NCBI RefSeq assembly: GCF_009914755.1
Contig: NC_060942.1
Length of the DNA stretch: 64,000 nt
From: the human T2T-CHM13v2.0 reference genome, Homo sapiens
Direction: 5' to 3' (one strand)
Below the pieces are notes generated by a model. The model ran no database searches and was not told where the DNA came from. It saw nothing but the letters and a program-made list of their open reading frames with translations. Positions within the stretch are counted from its first letter, which is position 1; each line of letters opens with the position of its first letter. The translations under genes were made by a program, and so were the position numbers. This document shows positions 57,475-64,000 of the stretch, piece after piece.

Positions 57475-59345
57475 GTATATCTTAGTTTTTTTCCTTTCCA
57501 AGCAACCAGACACTGCCCAAATCATTCCCCACTGAGAGGAACCAGGGCTCCCTGGAGAAATGATGAATTCCAAGGGTAGGGCTGAAATGGTACAAGGTGT
57601 GCTTGGAACATTTTGTCATGCCAGAAAGTAAGGTGCTCATAAGATGATGGGAACATGCCAAAAAGACACAAGAACCAGCCTAAATGAGCTCCTACTGCTA
57701 AAATCTGGGACAATTTGAGCATCACAATAAAGACCACGATGAATTATAATCTATTGAATAAAACAGGAACACCTAAGTCCATGCTGATAGCAAAAAGATG
57801 ACAAACAAGGAAGACTGGAAAATCATAATTTTGAAACTTATTATTTACTTCATTATTTATTACTATTATACTTTATACTATTATAACTTTAGTAAAGATC
57901 ATTTTATATAAGAATCATCAATAGATCCAAATTTATAGGAGTTTGATTAAGGAGGTGATTAAGGAGGTTATATGCATGGTCTTAGTGTCTTTTTCCAGAA
58001 TGCTTATTCACTGCAAGAGGAAAAAAGTAACTATGTAGTGGAGAATATACCTTGGACAGTACCTTGACCAGGTTATCAAATTTAGTATCACCAAAGAGGC
58101 ATACTGACATCCTCTACCTCTGAATGTGACTTCCTGAGAAGTTCATGACCTCGCTTATGTACCATTCTAGCCAAAACTATTATGAAAATCCCATCATGAG
58201 GAAATATCAGACAAACCCAAACAGAAATATTCTATAAAATACCTGGTGTGTATTCTTAACAAAATTTCCATGCCAGAAATGACAAAGAAAGGCTGAATGA
58301 TTGTTCCAGATTAAAATGAAATAAGTAATTGTTCCAGATTAACATGAAATAAAGAGAAGTGAAAAGTAAATGCAATAAAGTACACTTTTGGGACATCTGA
58401 CCAAATTGGAATCAGGACTATAAATAAAAGTATCGTTATCACTGCTAATATTCCTGAATATACTGTGTTTACATAAGAGAAAACCCTTATTCTCAGGAAA
58501 TATACACTGATGTATTAAGGGGTAAGGGACATAATGGATTCAATTCACCCTCACATGATTCAGAAAAAGATACGTTATATTACGCATACGTGTATCTGTA
58601 TATGTGAGTGGAGTCCGGGGAAATGGGTAAAACAAATGTGCTAAAATGGCAAAAGTTGGTGAATCTGGCTAAAGTGATAGGGTGTCCTCATTATTATTCT
58701 TGGAACAATTCTTTAGAACTGAAATAATTTAAAAATGAAAGGTTGAAAAATTTGCCTTTTCCAGATAAACTTTAGAATCATTTTTTCTATGGTTTGTAAT
58801 GATAACTTTATTGTAGTACATTAAATCTACATGGTGTTTTGGCAAGAAGTGACATCACTGTAACAGCATTTCCAAAGAGGCACATAATTCTCATCATTTA
58901 TTCAGATCTTTTATTTCCCTTATTAGTATTTAATTCTGCCTTCATTATCAATCCCTGGACACTGCTGTTGAGTCATAGTTGTTGAATATGTTTTATTGCT
59001 ATTTTGCATGTCCAGTGTCTTACTGTAAGGTTTTTTCTCCAGTTAATTCTCTTGGGATTAGGTGATTATAACTTACACAAATGATGAAAAATTTATCTTT
59101 ATCCTTTCAATTTTCATCCCTTCTCTCATAACAGAGTGGTGGTGGTGACAGTGAGCATTTTAGTGTTTCAGATTTTAATGAGAATATTGTGTTTTAATAT
59201 AAAAATACGATAAATTTGTTTGAGATATTCTTTATCATGTAAGTAATGTCTTTCCAATTCTAGTTTTCTAAAAGTTTCTACAAATAAAATTTTTAAAAAT
59301 TTTAATAAAAATGTTGATTCTATATCCAATTAAGATGGTCATATG

Positions 59346-59526
59346 TTTATTTTTGTTGTTGTTGTTGTTGTTTTGTTTTTGAGATGGAGTCTTGCTCTGT
59401 CACCCAGGCTGGAGTGCAGTGGCATGATCTCGGCTCGCTGCAACCTCTGCCTCCCGGGTTCAAGTGATTCTACTGCCTCAGCCCCCTGAGTAGCTGTGAT
59501 TACAGGAGTGAGCCACGTGCCTGGCC
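59346..59526 (-). mobile_element. Monomer-length Alu (arm-recombined)
   Basis: Right arm runs directly into gattacaggagtgagccacgtgcctggcc, (TTG)n tail. Confidence 0.78.
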
Positions 59527-60243
59527 CATATGTTCATTTTTCACTTCTCTAATACACTCATTATATATTATAATAGATTCCTAAATATTAAAATAATTCT
59601 ACATGCTTGAAATAATCTCCACATGATCATAGTACACTTAAGACAATACTGTGTAATTCTCTGATAGTACCTGACCTATGATGTCGGCATCTTTGTCACA
59701 GATGAGACTGGCCTACAGTTTTATTATCTATATTTTATCAGGTTTTGGTATCAGGCTTACATTAAACCTAAGCTTGAATTTTTTTCTCTCATGTTAATAA
59801 AAATGTCTGGGTAAAGTAACTGACTACGTTCATACCATATACTGAGTGGTGATCATCAATATGTGTTTAGAAAACTAGGAAGAGCAACCTTTGTAAATAA
59901 TTTCTTACCTTCTATTCTAGGTGATCTCTGTATAATTTTAATCTTTGGAACAAGTAATTTGTCAATCAACAACAGTACTATAAAAAACAAACAGCTTTGT
60001 TGTTTCCAATAGTGAAGTGAATTTCTCCGTAGGAGACATTGTAAGTACAGAAATGACAGCACAATATTGTTTTAATGGGAATATATGCTGCCAAGGCTTA
60101 AAGTCCATTTTGGATGATTCAGGTAAGTATTGCTATTATTTTTTAACAAGATCTCAACCTAACTGTGTTTACTTTTAGTACTTCGGTATTCATCTGGTTC
60201 TAACATAGATGCTAGGCATCTAAATTCAAGCCTAGGAATTTAA

Positions 60244-60556
<313 letters not shown>

Positions 60557-61267
60557 GTAGCTTTTTATTTGGAATAATCTCAGATTTGCAGAGAAGTTAC
60601 AAAGGCAGTACAGAAAGTTCCTGTATACTCTTTACCTAGCTTCTGTTAACATGTTATGTGACCATGGCATGTTTATCAAAACTAAGAAATTCACATTAGT
60701 ACAATACTATTACATAAAGTACAAGTTTTATTTGGATTTCACCAGTTTTTTTCCCATGAGTGTCATTTTGATATCCCAGGATCAAGCCAGGATACCACAC
60801 TGCCTCTGGTCCTCCGATCTGTGAATTTCTTGGCCTTGTTTCTAAGGCTTTGACAGTTTTGAAGAATATAGCTCAAGGTTTTTGTTTGTTTAGAGCTAAA
60901 CATCATTTATAAATGACAGTGCTTGACACATACAAGGGCTTTCTTTTTCCATAGGACTTGTAGTTTCAAGTTTTCAGTTATTATTATTATTTTTTTTCTT
61001 GGCAGTTTTTTTTTTTTTTTAAGAGACTGGGTCTTGCTATGCTGCTCAAGCTGTACTTGAACTCCTAGGCTCAAGTGATCCTCCTGTCTCAGCCTCCCAA
61101 GTGGCTGGGACTAGAGGAACAGGCTGCTCTGTCTGGGTCCTGGTTTCAGTTATTTTATTCTCTTGACTTAGGTCACCAAGAATCATCTGCTATCAATTTT
61201 AGCCTTTGGTTTATCCCTAAGGCTTTTACTTTCAACCAGCATCTAGTTAAACTTACAAAAATATAGA

Positions 61268-61490
61268 TCAAAGGTCAGCAAACTAATACCCACAGTCCAC
61301 ACCTGGCCCACCACTTGGTTCTGTAAATAAAGTTTTATTGGGACACTGCCACACCCATTCATTTATAAATAGTCTATGGCTGTTTTCACGCTATGATGGC
61401 AGTGCTGAGTAGCTGCAACAGTGACTGTATGGCTTGCAAACTCTAAAATACGTGCTCTCTGTTTCTTACAGTAAAGGTTTACTGATACTG
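61268..61490. mobile_element. MER58-like hAT element
   Basis: ggtcagcaaact...tgtaaataaagttttattgggacactgccacacccattcattt. Confidence 0.7.
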
Positions 61491-61519
61491 GGTATAGATG
61501 GATGAAAAGAACCATGGCC

Positions 61520-61760
61520 TTTGGAAACTGACAGATACAATACTATCAGCTAAACTACAAGCTGAGTTTCAATCTTGCCTTTACAGTGTAGTGACTTCAG
61601 ACAAAATGCTTTTAGTTTTTTGAGCCTTAGGTTCCTCACCTATAAAATGGAACATCACCATCTATTTTGCAGGCTAAGTGAACGTATGTAAACAAATGCT
61701 CACAGTGCTTGGCACATGGTAGGCTCTCAATAAATGGAGGCCATCGTTACTATTACTTTT
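61520..61760 (+). mobile_element. MIR
   Basis: tgagccttaggttcctcacctataaaatgg...cacagtgcttggcacatggtaggctctcaataaatg. Confidence 0.75.
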
Positions 61761-63530
61761 ATTAACAAAACATTTTACTTTTTTTAAGTGTTTCACATTG
61801 CCTTTCACACCTCTGTATTTTCACATAGATTTCTAAGTTTTCATCTCCTACTGTGTTGAAGCCCAAACCACTACTTCTAAGTATTATCCTTCTCTGTACT
61901 GAATATCGTTCAAATTTTTATTGACTATGTTATCCCAGAATAAAACTTAATGCCAGAATAGAGCCTGAAATATCATTACAATTATATCCCAAAGGATGTG
62001 AACATATGGAAATAATTCAAAATATACAATTTTAGAATAGTCTAGTCTGCAAAACTCTCAGCTGCACTGCTATACTTCCTTTTTATTAGAACTTTGTGAA
62101 AAACTTGGCGAGTCACCCATTTGAATAAAGATGGAGACAGGGATAAGATGCAGACAGGGATCCGGAAACAAAAAATGTGTTTCTATCCCTTTAAATCAAT
62201 ATTTACTATATTTTTCCTAATTTATCTTTATAAACATACACCTTCCAGAATTAAGAAATGATAAGTCTAGTGAAGTACTGCACAGGAAATGAACTGAAAG
62301 ATAATGTCCACCAGTTTTTGAGACTCATATCAAACAGTACACGTACAGATTAAACAGATCAAAGTTCTCCTTACTAAATGTCACTATCTGGGCACATTCA
62401 ACAGTTTTGTCTACATTTTCGTGTATGTGTGTACTTCTTAAATAACTTACTCCTACTCTCATACATAAAAATGTGTAACATATGTGAGCACAATCTGTAT
62501 CCCATGCTTCCAACTCTGAAGTCATTATTAATGCTAGCAATTAGCCCTGAATAAATTATACAACTAACGTACTGACCAATTTTGTGGTCACTGCCAGTGA
62601 CAGATGAAAAATCTCATAAATAAATGCTCTTTCTTTAGCAGTAGAGCCAAATAGTCTCCTCAGGTTTCTACAGATGTAATTTATTTGCATAATTTTTTTC
62701 CTTTTTTTTTTAATAGCAAAAGAAACAATGCATTCTAAGTGCTTCCGTATGTGTGTCTGGTTAACATTTCCAGTTTCAATGTTTCCTGAGAGGAAGTAAT
62801 TCAAAGTGTGTTATCTAAACAACTCTAATAGGTCTGATCCAGGAAACTATCAGGGTTTTACTTTTTACCGCTCATAATACCACTCAGAATTAATACCCCA
62901 TGGTCAAGAAACATTTTGAAACACTGACGTAAAATTTTAAGCTTGTGGACGCGCACACATTCTCTCTGTCTGAAGGTTCTGGCAATAGGAAATCTGTTCT
63001 CTAGCAACAATTGTTCTAATAACAATTGTTCAAACATGTAAGAGGTTAAAATTCCAACTCATAAGATAAAATCAGGAATGATCTGATTGATATATAGGTT
63101 ATATAGACAATATTTGATTAGTATTATGTTATGTCTTCCCAAATTAAATTTTCATTACTCTTTCTTTTGGGAAAATGACAGCAAATGGATGAAAATTGCA
63201 TCAAGAGTTAAGATAAATGTTAATCCTAAATGGTGTTTATATATATATATTTTTTTTAACACAAAATAGGGCAAGAATGACAAGTACAATGGCAATGGTT
63301 GCATTTGTGATGCTATAGCAGAGGGCTTGCCAACTGGTAGTTTTTCAGAGGGCCCAAAACCTCAGATGACAAAAAAAGGACTGAGCTATCTTCAAAACAT
63401 TGAAATAATTAACCTCACAATTGTATCCAATTTATCATTCTGAATGGATCTCGAAAATAAATGACATCTGACTCACCCTAAGGGAAACATATAATTAAAA
63501 AAAACTGGAAAATAAAAAGTGATTATATCT

Positions 63531-63861
<331 letters not shown>

Positions 63862-64000
63862 TCATTTTAAATATTCCTTTTTACATCTGACAAAATTCAG
63901 GTTGCATAGGAATCAATAATTTCTGACCTCTCTGGAATATAGCCAAGAACAAGGCAGTGAGCTAACCAAAATGATGGGATGTTGTTGATGTTGGAGCTTA

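Noticed and set aside
60120-60128. Perfect plus-strand donor CAGGTAAGT suggesting an antisense exon
   Set aside because: No convincing linked acceptor or promoter; expected by chance at this window size.

Overview
Human (primate) genomic DNA, recognisable as the 3' part of GAREM1 (FAM59A, GRB2-associated regulator of MAPK1; chr18q12.1 from recall) on the minus strand. Three coding exons were reconstructed from canonical splice sites: 52499-51327 (1173 nt), 34676-34510 (167 nt, missed by the ORF track) and 33061-32164 (898 nt to TAG, SAM domain). A ~4.3 kb Alu-free 3' UTR follows, ending near 27815. Bases 1-27.4 kb are repeat-rich downstream intergenic DNA. The rest is the usual Alu/L1/L2/MIR/LTR/DNA-transposon landscape plus a Y1 RNA retropseudogene. 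I found no convincing new gene or multi-gene system, and almost all other listed ORFs are repeat-derived or antisense shadows. The best leads are regulatory or RNA-level: a phase-0/phase-0 1173-nt exon flanked by inverted Alus (a circRNA of it would be a stop-free ORF), an HERV-H LTR7 solo LTR inside an Alu pointing antisense at that exon, a NAGNAG acceptor, tandem poly(A) sites that split the miRNA/Pumilio sites, a MER20-borne CTCF motif, and some odd Alu rearrangements. Repeat family names come from memory of consensus sequences, not a search, and repeat boundaries are approximate.
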